Assembly (NCBI GenBank): GCA_041082215.1
Contig: JBDOIF010000094.1
Span: forward strand, 1 to 38,157
Reading direction: 5' to 3'
Length of the DNA: 38,157 nucleotides
Origin: Anaerolineae bacterium
GTDB taxonomy: Bacteria; Chloroflexota; Anaerolineae; B4-G1; DUEL01
Shown in pieces: positions 20,357 to 31,014 of the stretch (position 1 is its first letter; every line of letters begins with the position of its first letter). The notes under the pieces are model-generated. The model had not been told where the DNA came from. It did not search any database and saw nothing but the letters and a program-made list of their open reading frames with translations. A program made the translations under genes and the position numbers.

Positions 20357-21463
20357 ATGCGATGTTGCTGGAACTTTTCGGCCGGGTTCTCCTTCCTTGC
20401 GGTCCTCATCGTCGCCCTGGCCCTGCTGGGGGCGGCCTGCCAGTCGCCCCTTCCCGGGCCAGCGCTCCCAGGGCAGGGACGGGTTTCAGAAATGGTCTCT
20501 GGCGACTGGATCGCCCTCTACTTCACCGCCCCCAACCGGCCTGCCCCCTCCGATCAGGACGGAATGCCGGATGCGGGGCTGGTTGCCCTCATCGGGGAGG
20601 CCCGTGAGCGCATTAATATGGCTGTTTACGAACTGAACCTGGAATCGGTGGCGGAGGCCCTGATTCAGGCGCACCAGCAGGGGGTCCGGGTGCGTCTGGT
20701 GACCGACGGCACCAACGCCGATGATGGGGTGGTGAGCCGGATCCGCCAGGCCGGCATCCCCGTTGTGGCTCGACCGCTGGAGGGAAGGGGGATCATGCAC
20801 AACAAGTTCGTTGTGGTGGACGGGCAATGGGTATGGACCGGCTCCTGGAATCCGACGGAGGGCGGCACTTACCGGAACGACAACAACGCTGTCCTCATCG
20901 CCTCCCGCGCGCTGGCCCGGGACTACGACGCTGAGTTCGAGGAGCTGTTCGGAGGGCAGTTCGGTCCGACCTCCCCGGCTGAAACCCCCTATCCCCTGGT
21001 CGAAATCGAAGGGCAGGGCCGGCCCGTGCAGGTCGAGGCCTACTTTGCGCCGGAGGACGGCGTGGCCGACCGGCTCCTCCAGCTCCTCTCCTCCGCCCGC
21101 TCCCACGTCCGTTTCCTTGCCTTTCAGTTCACCGCTCCCCGCCTCGCCGATGCGCTGGTGGACCTGGTGGGGGAGGGGGTTGATGTCGAAGGGGTGATGG
21201 AGGCCCAATCGGCTGAGAGTACCTACAGTCAGTACAATCGGCTGCAGGCGGGGGGGGTGGAGGTATTTCTGGACGGCAATCCCTACCTGATGCATCATAA
21301 GGTCCTGATCGTTGACGATCAGGTTGTGGCGCTGGGCTCGTACAATTTCACCACCAGTGCCGATAAGGACAACGATGAGAACCTGCTGATCATCCACGAT
21401 TCCGAGGTCGCAGGTGCCTTCCTGGCCGAATTCGAGCGCGTCCTGGGGGAGGCCGAAAGGTGA
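20357..21463 (+). CDS. Secreted or lipoprotein phospholipase D superfamily protein (two HKD motifs)
   Basis: HNKFVVVDG...GSWN and HHKVLIVDD...GSYN; hydrophobic signal ending LGAAC; AAGGAG SD before ATG 20357. Confidence 0.85.
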   Translation: MRCCWNFSAGFSFLAVLIVALALLGAACQSPLPGPALPGQGRVSEMVSGDWIALYFTAPNRPAPSDQDGMPDAGLVALIGEARERINMAVYELNLESVAEALIQAHQQGVRVRLVTDGTNADDGVVSRIRQAGIPVVARPLEGRGIMHNKFVVVDGQWVWTGSWNPTEGGTYRNDNNAVLIASRALARDYDAEFEELFGGQFGPTSPAETPYPLVEIEGQGRPVQVEAYFAPEDGVADRLLQLLSSARSHVRFLAFQFTAPRLADALVDLVGEGVDVEGVMEAQSAESTYSQYNRLQAGGVEVFLDGNPYLMHHKVLIVDDQVVALGSYNFTTSADKDNDENLLIIHDSEVAGAFLAEFERVLGEAER

Positions 21464-21464
21464 G

Positions 21465-21995
21465 ATGACGGAGAGGAGGGAAGCGATGGAAGAGACGAAA
21501 AATCGGGAATCCATCCAGGTCCGGTTCACCGGCTGCCAGGTAGCAGCGCTGGTGGGGGGGATCCTCCTTGTTGCCGGTGTGTGTGTGGTTCTGGGGCTTG
21601 TCCTCGGCGGCGCCGTCGGCTATCTCCTGGGCCGGGAGGCTGCCGGCTCCGCTCCGGCCTGGGGCGGCCCGCTGCCGAACGTCCCATCCTGGCCGACGCC
21701 GTTCGTGCCGGCGGCAGAGCGCCCCTATCTGGGCATCCGCTACCGGCAGCTGGAGGAAGGGGCCGAGGTCGTGAGGGTGGACCCCGACGGCCCGGCCGAG
21801 GAGGCGGGGTTGCAGGTCGGCGATGTGATCCTGGAGGTGGATGGAGAGCAGGTGGGGTTGGTGAGAGGAAAACCCCTTGAGGTTCTCATCCTCAATTACC
21901 AGCCCGGCGATCGGGTGCGCCTGGGTGTGGAACGGGAGGGGGAAAGGATAGAGATAGAGGTGGAGCTGGGGCGGTGGTCGGATCGGCAACCCTGA
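21465..21995 (+). CDS. Membrane-anchored PDZ-domain protein
   Basis: Single TM, then RPYLGI...VDPDGPAEEAGLQVGDVILEVDG; no protease domain. Start is 21465 or 21486. Confidence 0.8.
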   Translation: MTERREAMEETKNRESIQVRFTGCQVAALVGGILLVAGVCVVLGLVLGGAVGYLLGREAAGSAPAWGGPLPNVPSWPTPFVPAAERPYLGIRYRQLEEGAEVVRVDPDGPAEEAGLQVGDVILEVDGEQVGLVRGKPLEVLILNYQPGDRVRLGVEREGERIEIEVELGRWSDRQP

Positions 21996-22053
21996 CGGGT
22001 GGGGAAGCAGTTTGACAGGAACTCTTTTCTGAAGTATCCTTCCCTGCCGACCG

Positions 22054-22986
22054 ATGAACCCATACCACCTGACCCGTCTGTTGATCCCCACCGGGGTTTT
22101 GCTGGCGATGACGCTGCTGCCGGGCGGCCTGCCGGCGCCGGGCGTCCAGGCTCCCCTGCCGTCGGCCACCTGGACGGCCACCGTCGCCCCCACCGCCCCA
22201 CCCCCGACGGCCACCCCCACCCCGCCTCCCACCCCCCCCCCTCTCCCGACGCCCACCCCGACCCCCCTCCCCACTCCCACCCCGGCCCCCCCGCCGGATT
22301 TCGCTGAGGTCCCCATCCTGATGTACCACTACGTGGAGGACCTCCCTCCGAACGCCGACCGGATCCGGCGGGACCTGACCGTCTCCCCCCAGGCCTTTGA
22401 GGACCAGCTCCGGTATCTTTCCGAAGCGGGTTATCACACCGTCACCCTCACCGATCTCTACCTCCATCTCACCCAGGGGCGTCCCCTGCCTGGGAAGCCA
22501 GTCGTTCTCACCTTCGACGACGGATACCGGGATGCCTACACCATCGTCTTCCCTCTCCTGCAGAAGTACGGCTTTGTGGGCACCTTCTTTGTCCTGGCCA
22601 CCCCTGCCCACTACGAAAATCCCAACTACCTGACCTGGGCGATGATGAAGGAAATGGCGGACGCCGGGATGGAGATCCAGGGGCACGGGCGGGACCACGT
22701 GGACCTGCGGAATCGGCCTTACGACTTCCTGGTCTACCAGATCCTGGGGATCAAGGAGGCGGTCGAATACCATACCGGTCGGCCGGTTCGCTTCTTCTGC
22801 TACCCTTCCGGTCAGTACGACCGGAACGTCATCGTCGTCCTCCAGTCCGCTGGCTACTGGGGAGCGGTGACCACCATGCACGGGCGGATCCATACCCGGG
22901 AGGGTCTCTTCACCCTGGGGCGTATCCGCATCCGGGGTTCCGACTCGCTGGAGACCTTTATCGCCAAGGTCGAAGGCCGCTACTGA
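22054..22986 (+). CDS. Polysaccharide deacetylase (CE4, IcaB/YadE-like) with signal peptide and Pro/Thr linker
   Basis: ILMYH, LTFDDGY, GHGRDH, FCYPSG. Confidence 0.88.
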   Translation: MNPYHLTRLLIPTGVLLAMTLLPGGLPAPGVQAPLPSATWTATVAPTAPPPTATPTPPPTPPPLPTPTPTPLPTPTPAPPPDFAEVPILMYHYVEDLPPNADRIRRDLTVSPQAFEDQLRYLSEAGYHTVTLTDLYLHLTQGRPLPGKPVVLTFDDGYRDAYTIVFPLLQKYGFVGTFFVLATPAHYENPNYLTWAMMKEMADAGMEIQGHGRDHVDLRNRPYDFLVYQILGIKEAVEYHTGRPVRFFCYPSGQYDRNVIVVLQSAGYWGAVTTMHGRIHTREGLFTLGRIRIRGSDSLETFIAKVEGRY

Positions 22987-23010
22987 GAGAGCCGACTCAC
23001 AGGAGCTGCT

Positions 23011-23084
23011 GTAGGACAAGCTTTAGCTTGTCCTGCAATGTCCATTAGAAGCCGCTGTAGGGCAAGCTTCAGCTTGCCCTACAG
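23011..23084. repeat. Two GTAG REP-like palindromes
   Basis: gtaggacaagct-tt-agcttgtcctgc (23011-36) and gtagggcaagct-tc-agcttgccctac (23057-82). Confidence 0.85.
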
Positions 23085-23184
23085 TTGATAGTTTTTGATA
23101 GTCCCTTGCGTATAATATAAAGCTGAAGCCGCCGGGGAAGCTCGGGCGTTCCGGCGGCGTGTGTTTGCATAAAGGGAGTAGGAT

Positions 23185-24471
23185 TTGGAAGAGCGTTCTT
23201 CCCGCGTATCCGGCTTCTACAACTGGCCGCTCCAGAAGCGGCTGGAGTGGGTGGCTCGCTGGGCGGAGCTGAGCCAGGAAGAGATAGCCGTTCTCCAGAG
23301 CGGAGGTCTGGCCCTCGAGCGGGCGGACCGGGTGATCGAGAACGTGGTGGGGCTTTATGCCCTGCCGCTGGGGATCGCCCTCAACTTCCGGGTCAACGGG
23401 CGGGACCTGCTGGTGCCGATGGCCATCGAGGAGCCGTCGGTTGTGGCCGGGGCCTCCTTCGCCGCCAGGCTGGCCCGCGCCGGGGGCGGTTTCCGTGCGG
23501 AAAGCAGCCCGCCGGAGATGATCGGTCAGATTCAGGTGCTGGACCTTCCCGACCTGGAGCGGGCGCGGGCGGCGGTGGAGGCAGCCCGGGAGCGGATCCT
23601 GGCCCGCGCCGATGAGGTGGACCCGGTCATCCGGCGGCTGGGGGGTGGCGCCCGGGGGCTGGAAGTGCGGGCCCTGCCCGACACCCCCGCCGGGCCGATG
23701 CTGGTGGTCCACCTCATCTACGACTGTCGGGATGCGATGGGGGCCAACGCGGTCAACACGGCCTGCGAGTCGCTGGCCCCGCTGATCGAGGAGGTCACTG
23801 GCGGGCGGGTGGGGTTGCGTATCCTCTCCAACCTGGCCGACCGGCGGCTGGCCCGCGCCGAGTGCAGGGTGCCGGCCGGGGCGCTGGCCTTCGATGGCTT
23901 CTCCGGCGAGCAGGTGGCGCGGTCCATCGTCGAGGCCTGGGCCTTCGCCGCCGCCGACCCGTACCGGGCAGCGACCCACAACAAAGGCATCCTCAACGGG
24001 GTGGATGCCGTCGCCATCGCCACCGGACAGGACTGGCGGGCAATCGAGGCCGGGGCTCACGCCTACGCCGCCCGCTCCGGCCGCTACACCAGCCTTTCCA
24101 CCTGGGCGCTGGACGACGACGGCAGCCTGGTGGGGCGGCTGGAGTTGCCCCTGGCCGTGGGGACGGTAGGTGGGGCCACCCGTGCCCACCCCACAGCGCA
24201 GGTGGCATTGAAGCTCCTGGAAGTCCGCTCGGCCCGGGAGCTGGCGGAGGTGATGGCGTCAGTGGGGCTGGCCCAGAACCTGGCCGCGATCCGGGCGCTG
24301 GCCACCGAGGGCATCCAGAAAGGACATATGGCCCTCCACGCCCGCCAGGTCGCCATCTCCGCCGGCGCGCAGGGCGAGGAGATCGAGGCAGTCGCCCGCC
24401 AGATGGTCGCCGAAGGGGTGATTCGGCTGGACCGGGCGGAGGAGATTCTGCACGGAATACGGAATACGTAA
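23185..24471 (+). CDS. mvaA: Hydroxymethylglutaryl-CoA reductase, class II
   Basis: [43 protein letters not shown] start. Confidence 0.95.
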   Translation: MEERSSRVSGFYNWPLQKRLEWVARWAELSQEEIAVLQSGGLALERADRVIENVVGLYALPLGIALNFRVNGRDLLVPMAIEEPSVVAGASFAARLARAGGGFRAESSPPEMIGQIQVLDLPDLERARAAVEAARERILARADEVDPVIRRLGGGARGLEVRALPDTPAGPMLVVHLIYDCRDAMGANAVNTACESLAPLIEEVTGGRVGLRILSNLADRRLARAECRVPAGALAFDGFSGEQVARSIVEAWAFAAADPYRAATHNKGILNGVDAVAIATGQDWRAIEAGAHAYAARSGRYTSLSTWALDDDGSLVGRLELPLAVGTVGGATRAHPTAQVALKLLEVRSARELAEVMASVGLAQNLAAIRALATEGIQKGHMALHARQVAISAGAQGEEIEAVARQMVAEGVIRLDRAEEILHGIRNT

Positions 24472-24496
24472 TACGTATTCTGTTGGGGAGCGTTGT

Positions 24497-25552
24497 ATGG
24501 AGGCATTGCGTCCGAACCGACCAGTGGGAATCGTGGGATATGGGGCCTACGTGCCCCGCTACCGGCTGCCGGTGCGGGAGGTGGCCCGCGTCTGGGCCGG
24601 AGGGGAGGGGGAGACCCCCATCGTCGAGAAGGCGGTGCCGGGGCTGGACGAGGACACGGTCACGATCTCCATCGAGGCCGCCCGCAACGCCCTGGCCCGG
24701 TCCGGAGGGGTGAATCCGGCCGACATCCGCGCCGTCTGGGTGGGCAGCGAGTCTCACCCCTATGCCGTCAAGCCCACCTCCACCATTGTGGCGGAGGCGC
24801 TCGGCTCCACCCCCTTCACCCAGGCCGGCGACTGGGAGTTTGCCTGCAAGGCCGGGACGGAGGCGTTCCAGGCGGCGGTGGGGTTTGTAGGGTCGGGGAT
24901 GGCCCGCTATGCCCTGGCGATCGGTGCCGACACCGCCCAGGGGCGGCCGGGGGATGCGCTGGAGTATACGGCGGGAGCGGGCGGCGCCGCCTTCCTGCTG
25001 GGGCCAGCGGAGGAATCCCTGGCCGTGCTCGAAGGCTCCCTCTCCTTCGTCACGGATACGCCCGACTTCTGGCGGCGGGCCTACCAGCATTACCCCTCCC
25101 ACGGCGGCCGCTTCACCGGCCAGCCAGCTTACTTCCGCCACATTACCGATGCGGCCAGAGGGCTGATGGAGGCGCTGGGGACCACCCCCGCCGATTATAC
25201 CTACGCCGTCTTCCACCAGCCGAACGTGAAGTTCCCCCAGACCGTGGCGCGCCAACTGGGGTTCACCCCTGAGCAGATCGCGCCGGGGCTGCTGGTGAAC
25301 GAGATCGGCAACACCTATGCTGCCTCCTCGATGATCGGCCTGACCGCTATCCTGGACCAGGCCCGGCCCGGCGCTCGGATCCTCCTGGTCAGTTTCGGCT
25401 CCGGCGCAGGCTCGGATGCGATCTCGTTAAGGGTCACAGAGGCGATCGAGGAGCGGCGGAACCGGGCGCCGATGACCCGGGCGTATGTGGACCGTCGGAC
25501 GGAGATAGACTATGCCCTCTACGTGCGGTATCGGCGAAAGCTGAGGATGTAG
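24497..25552 (+). CDS. HMG-CoA synthase, archaeal type
   Basis: [24 protein letters not shown] (catalytic Cys), HQPNx[16 protein letters not shown]. Confidence 0.92.
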   Translation: MEALRPNRPVGIVGYGAYVPRYRLPVREVARVWAGGEGETPIVEKAVPGLDEDTVTISIEAARNALARSGGVNPADIRAVWVGSESHPYAVKPTSTIVAEALGSTPFTQAGDWEFACKAGTEAFQAAVGFVGSGMARYALAIGADTAQGRPGDALEYTAGAGGAAFLLGPAEESLAVLEGSLSFVTDTPDFWRRAYQHYPSHGGRFTGQPAYFRHITDAARGLMEALGTTPADYTYAVFHQPNVKFPQTVARQLGFTPEQIAPGLLVNEIGNTYAASSMIGLTAILDQARPGARILLVSFGSGAGSDAISLRVTEAIEERRNRAPMTRAYVDRRTEIDYALYVRYRRKLRM

Positions 25553-25557
25553 AAGCT

Positions 25558-26715
25558 ATGCGCGACGTGGCGATCATCGGCATCGGACAAACCAGGGTAG
25601 GTGAGCACTGGGAGAAGGGGCTGCGCCATCTGGCGCTGGAGGCCCTTCAGGCGGCTATGGCCGACGCCGGGGTGGAACGGGTGGACGCCCTCTATGTGGG
25701 CAATATGCTCAGCGGAGAGCTGACCGGGCAGGAGCATCTGGGCGCGCTGGTGGCCGACTTTGCCGGGATGCGGGGGGTGGAGGCAGTCAAGGTCGAGGCG
25801 GCCTGCGGCTCCGGCGCAGCGGCGCTCCGGCTGGGCTACATCGCCGTTGCCGGCGGACTGGCCGATGTGGTGCTGGTCGTCGGCGTGGAGAAGATGACCG
25901 ATGCCACCCCCGAGCAGAACACGGCCGCCCTGGCAATGGCTGCCGACGCCGATTACGAGGCCGCCCAGGGACTCTCCTTCGTCGCCATCAACGCCCTGCT
26001 GATGCGCCGGTATATGTACGAGTACGGCTACCGTAAGGAGGACTTCGCTCCCTTCGCCGTCAATGCCCATGCCAATGCGATGAACAATCCCTATGCGATG
26101 TTCCACGTCCGGGTGACCCCCGAATCCTACGCCCGGGCACAGATGATCGCCGATCCGATCAACCTGATGGACTCCTCTCCCATCGGGGATGGGGCTGCTG
26201 CAGTGGTGCTGGCCCCTGCCGACTGGGCCCGTCGCCTCTCCAGAGTGGGGGTGCGGATCGCTGCCTCGGCGGTGGGGACCGACGCCGTCGCCCTCCACGA
26301 TCGGCGGGACCCCCTGGCACTGGAGGGGGCGGCCCTCTCCGCCTATCGGGCCTACCAGCAGGCAGGGGTCGGACCGGAGGCGATTGACCTCTTCGAGCTG
26401 CATGACGCCTTCAGCATTATGGCGGCCCTGAGTCTGGAAGCGGCCGGGTTTGCCGGGCGGGGGAAGGGAGTGCGCCTGGCGCTCGAGGGGGAGATCGGCC
26501 TGCAGGGCCGAATCCCTGTTGCCACGATGGGCGGGCTGAAGGCCCGGGGCCATCCCGTGGGGGCTACCGGCGTCTACCAGGTCGTCGAGGTCGTCCAGCA
26601 GCTCCGGGGGGAGGCGGGGGCCAACCAGGTGGCGGATGCCCGCGTGGGGATGGCTCAGAACATCGGCGGCAGCGGCGCGACGGTGATCACGCATATCCTG
26701 GAGAGGATGGAGTAG
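25558..26715 (+). CDS. Acetoacetyl-CoA thiolase, archaeal/SCP2 type
   Basis: EAACGSG, GVEKM, DGAAA, ELHDAF, GGLKARGHPVGATG, NIGG. Confidence 0.92.
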   Translation: MRDVAIIGIGQTRVGEHWEKGLRHLALEALQAAMADAGVERVDALYVGNMLSGELTGQEHLGALVADFAGMRGVEAVKVEAACGSGAAALRLGYIAVAGGLADVVLVVGVEKMTDATPEQNTAALAMAADADYEAAQGLSFVAINALLMRRYMYEYGYRKEDFAPFAVNAHANAMNNPYAMFHVRVTPESYARAQMIADPINLMDSSPIGDGAAAVVLAPADWARRLSRVGVRIAASAVGTDAVALHDRRDPLALEGAALSAYRAYQQAGVGPEAIDLFELHDAFSIMAALSLEAAGFAGRGKGVRLALEGEIGLQGRIPVATMGGLKARGHPVGATGVYQVVEVVQQLRGEAGANQVADARVGMAQNIGGSGATVITHILERME

Positions 26716-26742
26716 AAATTACAGAACCACAGGAGGTATCCT

Positions 26743-27141
26743 ATGAGTGTTCCGAGGACCTGGAGGTTGCAGCGACAACGATACCGGCTGGTCGGAGAGG
26801 TATGTGACAGATGTGGAACCCCCATCTTCCCGCCCCGAGATGTCTGCCCGGAGTGCGAAGCCCCGGCCAAGACTCCCTACATGTTCAGTGGACGGGGGGA
26901 GGTCTATTCCTACAGCACAGTCTACCATCCCCCGGCGGGGTTTGAGGAGAATGTGCCGTACACCGTGGCCCTGGTCCGGCTGGAGGAGGGGCCGCTGGTG
27001 ACCGCCCAGCTCACCGATGTGGACGCCGGTCAGGTGGAGATCGGCATGCCAGTGGAAATGGTCACGCGGCGGATCCAGGCTGAGGGGGAGGAGGGGGTCA
27101 TCAGCTACGGCTACAAGTTCCGCCCCGTCCTCCGAAGCTGA
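26743..27141 (+). CDS. DUF35 Zn-ribbon/OB-fold protein
   Basis: CDRC...FPPRDVCPEC, then an OB fold ending YGYKFRP; AGGAGG SD. Confidence 0.92.
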   Translation: MSVPRTWRLQRQRYRLVGEVCDRCGTPIFPPRDVCPECEAPAKTPYMFSGRGEVYSYSTVYHPPAGFEENVPYTVALVRLEEGPLVTAQLTDVDAGQVEIGMPVEMVTRRIQAEGEEGVISYGYKFRPVLRS

Positions 27142-27227
27142 TGCGATCCAGGCCATCGTCGAAGCCGCCGGACGGCTTTTCCTGACTCTCCCGGCGATTG
27201 CTTGAAAAGCGGTATCTACTTAGCCTT

Positions 27228-27267
27228 CCTCACCCCACCCCCAGCCAAAGGGCCGGGGGAGGGGTGA
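27228..27267. repeat. CCTCACCC...GGGTGA element
   Basis: cctcacccc...ggggtga arms. Confidence 0.55.
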
Positions 27268-27443
27268 AGAGTGATGCCGCAGGCAACGGGAGAGAGGTGA
27301 GGCTGAATAGTTACAAAAAGCCGAAGCGAGACGACAAACCACCGGGACAAAAAGGCACAGAGTTCCCTTAAAGGGTAGAAAAAGCCTTCATCTCTTGTTG
27401 TCTTCGTGCCCTCGTGATGATTTGTGTCTGGGCTGGTGGCTGG

Positions 27444-27474
27444 AAAGGGCGGGAAACCCGCCCTTTTGCTTTTT
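27444..27474 (+). terminator. Intrinsic terminator-like hairpin after the mevalonate operon
   Basis: aaagggcggg-aaa-cccgcccttt followed by tgcttttt. Confidence 0.7.
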
Positions 27475-27550
27475 CCGATTATGACCACTTGCCTCCTTTG
27501 CCACCCTCAGGTACAATACCCACAGGAATACAGGGGTAGGGCAGGGGAGG

Positions 27551-29455
27551 ATGAGCGTCGTTGATGAGATCAAAGAGCGCCTGGACATCGTCGAGGTCAT
27601 CGGCTCCTACGTCCCGCTCCAGAAAGCGGGGCGAAATTTCAGGGCGCTCTGTCCCTTTCACAGCGAAAAGACCCCCTCCTTCTATGTCTTTCCCGAAAGC
27701 CAGCGATGGCACTGTTTCGGGGCCTGTGGTGAAGGAGGGGATGTCTTTACGTTCGTGATGAAACAGGAGGGATGGGACTTCCGCACCGCGCTGGAGGAGC
27801 TGGCCCGACGCGCAGGGGTGGAGGTTGCGCCTCGAACCCCTATCCAGCTTCAGGAAGATGACGAGACCAAACGGCTGCTGGCAGCGGTGGCGGAGGCTGT
27901 CTTTTATTATCACCACCTCCTGCGGCATGCCCCCCAGGCCGGCCCGGCCCGGGAGTACCTTTCCCGCAGGGGCCTCTCCGATGAGACGGTCGAGCAGTTC
28001 CAGCTGGGGTACAGCCTGCCGGGATGGGAGGACCTCCGCACCCACCTTACTGGCCGCGGCTTCTCCCCCCCGGAGCTGGTCCGTGCCGGCCTGTTGATCG
28101 AACGGGAGGACGGCACCACCCATGACCGCTTTCGGGGGCGGCTGATGATCCCGATCCGCGATGCCAGGGGGCGTCCCATCGCTTTCGGGGCCCGCACCCT
28201 GGAGCCGGGCGGAGTTCCCAAGTACATCAACTCGCCTCAGACCCCTCTTTTCGACAAAAGCCGCACCCTCTTCGGGCTGGATATGGCCCACCGGGCGATC
28301 CGGGATGAAGACCGGGTCGTTATCGTTGAGGGGTATATGGACGTGATGCAGGCCCACCAGGCGGGGTTCCGTAATGTGGTGGCCCAGATGGGGACCGCCC
28401 TCACCGAGCCGCAGCTACGGCAGCTCAAACGGTACACCCGTCGCTTCGTCCTGGCGCTTGACCCCGACGCTGCCGGGGTGCAGGCTACCCTGCGGGGCCT
28501 TGAGGTAGCGCGGGAGACGCTGGACAGGGAGTGGCAGCCAGTGTTCGACCCCCGGGGGCTGGTGGGGTTCGAAGGCCGCCTCGACGCGGAAATCCGTGTC
28601 CTCAGCCTTCCCTCCGGGCTTGACCCCGACGACCTGATCCGCAGCGACCCGGCCCGCTGGGCCGCGCTGGTGGAAGAGGCCGCTCCGGTGGTGGAGTTCT
28701 ACTTCCAGAGGCTGCTGGCAGAAGCCGATCCGAAAGACGCCAAGGACCGGGCGCGGGTGGTGGAGGCAATGCTCCCCCTCCTGCGAGACGTGGCCAACCC
28801 GGTCGAGCGGGAAACCTATGTTCAGAAGATCGCCCGAACCCTGGGCATTGAGGACCGCACCATCCTGATGCGGCTGGAGGCAACACAGCGGGAGGCCGCT
28901 CGCCGCACCCGCCCCGACTATAGCCCGCCCGCCCGCCAGGCAACCCCCCGCGCAGACCTGGAGGGGTACTGCCTGGCGACCCTGCTGGCGCGGGGCTGGC
29001 TTCTGGAGCACGTCGGTCGGACGCTCGAGGAGATGGGCCTGCCTCCCCTTAACGCCCGGGATTTCACCGACCCGGCCTACAGGGCCCTGTTCGAGGCATG
29101 GGAGGGAGGTGATCTGGGTCCTGAACCCGACGTTCAGCAGCTAAGGGGTTATCTTCCCGAAGAGACAGTTGGGCAACTGACGGCGCTTCTGACAGGCCTG
29201 CAGAATCTGGCGGAGGAGCAGTGGCTGCGGGAAGGGGTTCAGGCCGCGCTCCGACTGCGAGAACGGAATCTGAGACAGACGGGTATGGAGTTGCGTATGC
29301 TCGTTCAGGAAGCGGAAGAGGCCGGCCTTTCGGAGGCGGCCAGCTATGGGCAGGCCCTGGAGGAGAACGCCAGGGCAATCCTCCAGGTCCAGCAAGCCCT
29401 GCGGACCCGCTGGCGGGGCGGCGCAAGCGTCCTGACGGGCATGGAGGTCCGCTGA
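27551..29455 (+). CDS. dnaG: DNA primase
   Basis: [11 protein letters not shown]...CFGAC zinc finger, [34 protein letters not shown]. Confidence 0.97.
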   Translation: MSVVDEIKERLDIVEVIGSYVPLQKAGRNFRALCPFHSEKTPSFYVFPESQRWHCFGACGEGGDVFTFVMKQEGWDFRTALEELARRAGVEVAPRTPIQLQEDDETKRLLAAVAEAVFYYHHLLRHAPQAGPAREYLSRRGLSDETVEQFQLGYSLPGWEDLRTHLTGRGFSPPELVRAGLLIEREDGTTHDRFRGRLMIPIRDARGRPIAFGARTLEPGGVPKYINSPQTPLFDKSRTLFGLDMAHRAIRDEDRVVIVEGYMDVMQAHQAGFRNVVAQMGTALTEPQLRQLKRYTRRFVLALDPDAAGVQATLRGLEVARETLDREWQPVFDPRGLVGFEGRLDAEIRVLSLPSGLDPDDLIRSDPARWAALVEEAAPVVEFYFQRLLAEADPKDAKDRARVVEAMLPLLRDVANPVERETYVQKIARTLGIEDRTILMRLEATQREAARRTRPDYSPPARQATPRADLEGYCLATLLARGWLLEHVGRTLEEMGLPPLNARDFTDPAYRALFEAWEGGDLGPEPDVQQLRGYLPEETVGQLTALLTGLQNLAEEQWLREGVQAALRLRERNLRQTGMELRMLVQEAEEAGLSEAASYGQALEENARAILQVQQALRTRWRGGASVLTGMEVR

Positions 29456-31014
29456 TGGACGTGGATGAGGACGACCTCTGGTCGGAACCCCTCTCGGAAG
29501 AAGAGGCCGATCTGCCGGTGCCGGATGAGGAGGAGCCGTCCTTCTTCGGCGACTGGATCGAGGTCTCCTTCGACGAGGAAGAGCCTACTCTGACCGACCT
29601 GGAGGAGGTCGAGGAGCTGGAGCTCGGTGTGCCGGCGGCGGCCCCCGAGACCTTTGAGGACCCGGTCCGTATGTATCTGCGGGAGATCGGCCGGGTCGCT
29701 CTCCTCGAGCCTCACCAGGAGATGTGGCTCTACACGGTCCGGGAGGCAGCCACGCTCCTCGGCGCTGTCCGCTCCGAGCTGGAGGCCCGGAAGGGCCATC
29801 ATCCCAACCATACCGAGGTGTGGGAGTATCTGACCCGAAAGACGCGGGAGCTCTGGCGCCAGACTCTGCGGATCTGTGCAGACCGGAAGATCCCTCCGCC
29901 GGACCTGGGGGCGATGGTGGACGAGGCCATTGGCCTGCGTCGCACGCGCATGCCCGCCGCCGATTCTTACCTCTACGGCTATCTCGAGCAGGGGGAGGTC
30001 TCTCAGGACCCCGTGTGGGCGGAGTTGACCCGTATCTTGATGGAAATCCTAATGTACCTGTATCTCCTGCCCGATTCCACCCTTCAGCTCTATCATCAGG
30101 CCTGGAGCCGGCGGAAGCGCCTGCCCAGCGTCCGGGCGCTGCTCAACTATGCGCCCAGCGAGGAGGTGCTGGAGGCCAGTTGGGCCGACGTGGACCATCG
30201 GGCGGCCGAAGCCCAGCAGCAGTTGATCCAGGCTAACCTGCGGCTGGTGGTCAATGTGGCCAAGCGGTATGTCGGGCGGGGCATCTCTTTTCTGGACCTC
30301 ATCCAGGAGGGGAACATCGGTCTGCTTCGGGCTGTCCAGAAGTTCGACCACACAAAGGGGTTCAAGTTCTCCACTTATGCCACCTGGTGGATCCGGCAGG
30401 CGATCAGCCGCGCGATCGCCGATCAGTCCCGCACCATCCGCATTCCGGTCCATATGGTGGATACCATCAACCGCCTGACGCGGATCCAGCGCCGGCTGAC
30501 CCAGGAGTACGGTCGGACGCCGACGGCGGAGGAGCTGGCGCTGGAGATGGAATTCCTGGACGATGTGGACGCGGAGGCGGTCCGGCAGGCCCTGACCACG
30601 GGACGGCCTCTTTCCCCTATTCTGAAGCGACGGCTGCAGCGAGCGGCCGCCAAGGTGCGCGGTATTATGCGCGTCTCTCAGGAGCCGATGTCGCTGGAGA
30701 TGCCGGTGGGGGAGGAGGAGAGCAGCCAGCTTGGGGATTTCATCGAGGATGACACCATCATGGCCCCCGATACAGCCACCTCCCAGCAACTGCTGAAAGA
30801 GCAGATCCGCAGCGCGCTGGGCGCGTTGAGCGATCGGGAGCGGGCGGTGCTGGAGATGCGCTATGGCCTGCGCGATGGCCGGCCTCACACGCTGGAGGAG
30901 GTGGGGAAGGCCTTTGGCGTTACGCGGGAGCGAATCCGCCAGATCGAGGCCAAAGCCCTGCGGAAGCTGCGTCACCCGGGCCGGAGCCGCAAGCTACGTG
31001 ATTTTCTGGGGTGA
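29455..31014 (+). CDS. rpoD: Group 1-type sigma-70 factor (RpoD/SigA-like)
   Basis: Region 1.2 [48 protein letters not shown], region 4 [21 protein letters not shown] 29455 overlaps the dnaG TGA. Confidence 0.9.
   Translation: MDVDEDDLWSEPLSEEEADLPVPDEEEPSFFGDWIEVSFDEEEPTLTDLEEVEELELGVPAAAPETFEDPVRMYLREIGRVALLEPHQEMWLYTVREAATLLGAVRSELEARKGHHPNHTEVWEYLTRKTRELWRQTLRICADRKIPPPDLGAMVDEAIGLRRTRMPAADSYLYGYLEQGEVSQDPVWAELTRILMEILMYLYLLPDSTLQLYHQAWSRRKRLPSVRALLNYAPSEEVLEASWADVDHRAAEAQQQLIQANLRLVVNVAKRYVGRGISFLDLIQEGNIGLLRAVQKFDHTKGFKFSTYATWWIRQAISRAIADQSRTIRIPVHMVDTINRLTRIQRRLTQEYGRTPTAEELALEMEFLDDVDAEAVRQALTTGRPLSPILKRRLQRAAAKVRGIMRVSQEPMSLEMPVGEEESSQLGDFIEDDTIMAPDTATSQQLLKEQIRSALGALSDRERAVLEMRYGLRDGRPHTLEEVGKAFGVTRERIRQIEAKALRKLRHPGRSRKLRDFLG

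Noticed and set aside
24497..27141. PhlABC-like phloroglucinol acyltransferase
   Set aside because: The HMGS keeps its catalytic Glu/Cys/His motifs, HMG-CoA reductase is adjacent and no type III PKS is present.
29221..29454. Upstream extension of rpoD given by the ORF track
   Set aside because: It overlaps dnaG; ATG 29455 has a GGAGG SD and stop-start coupling.
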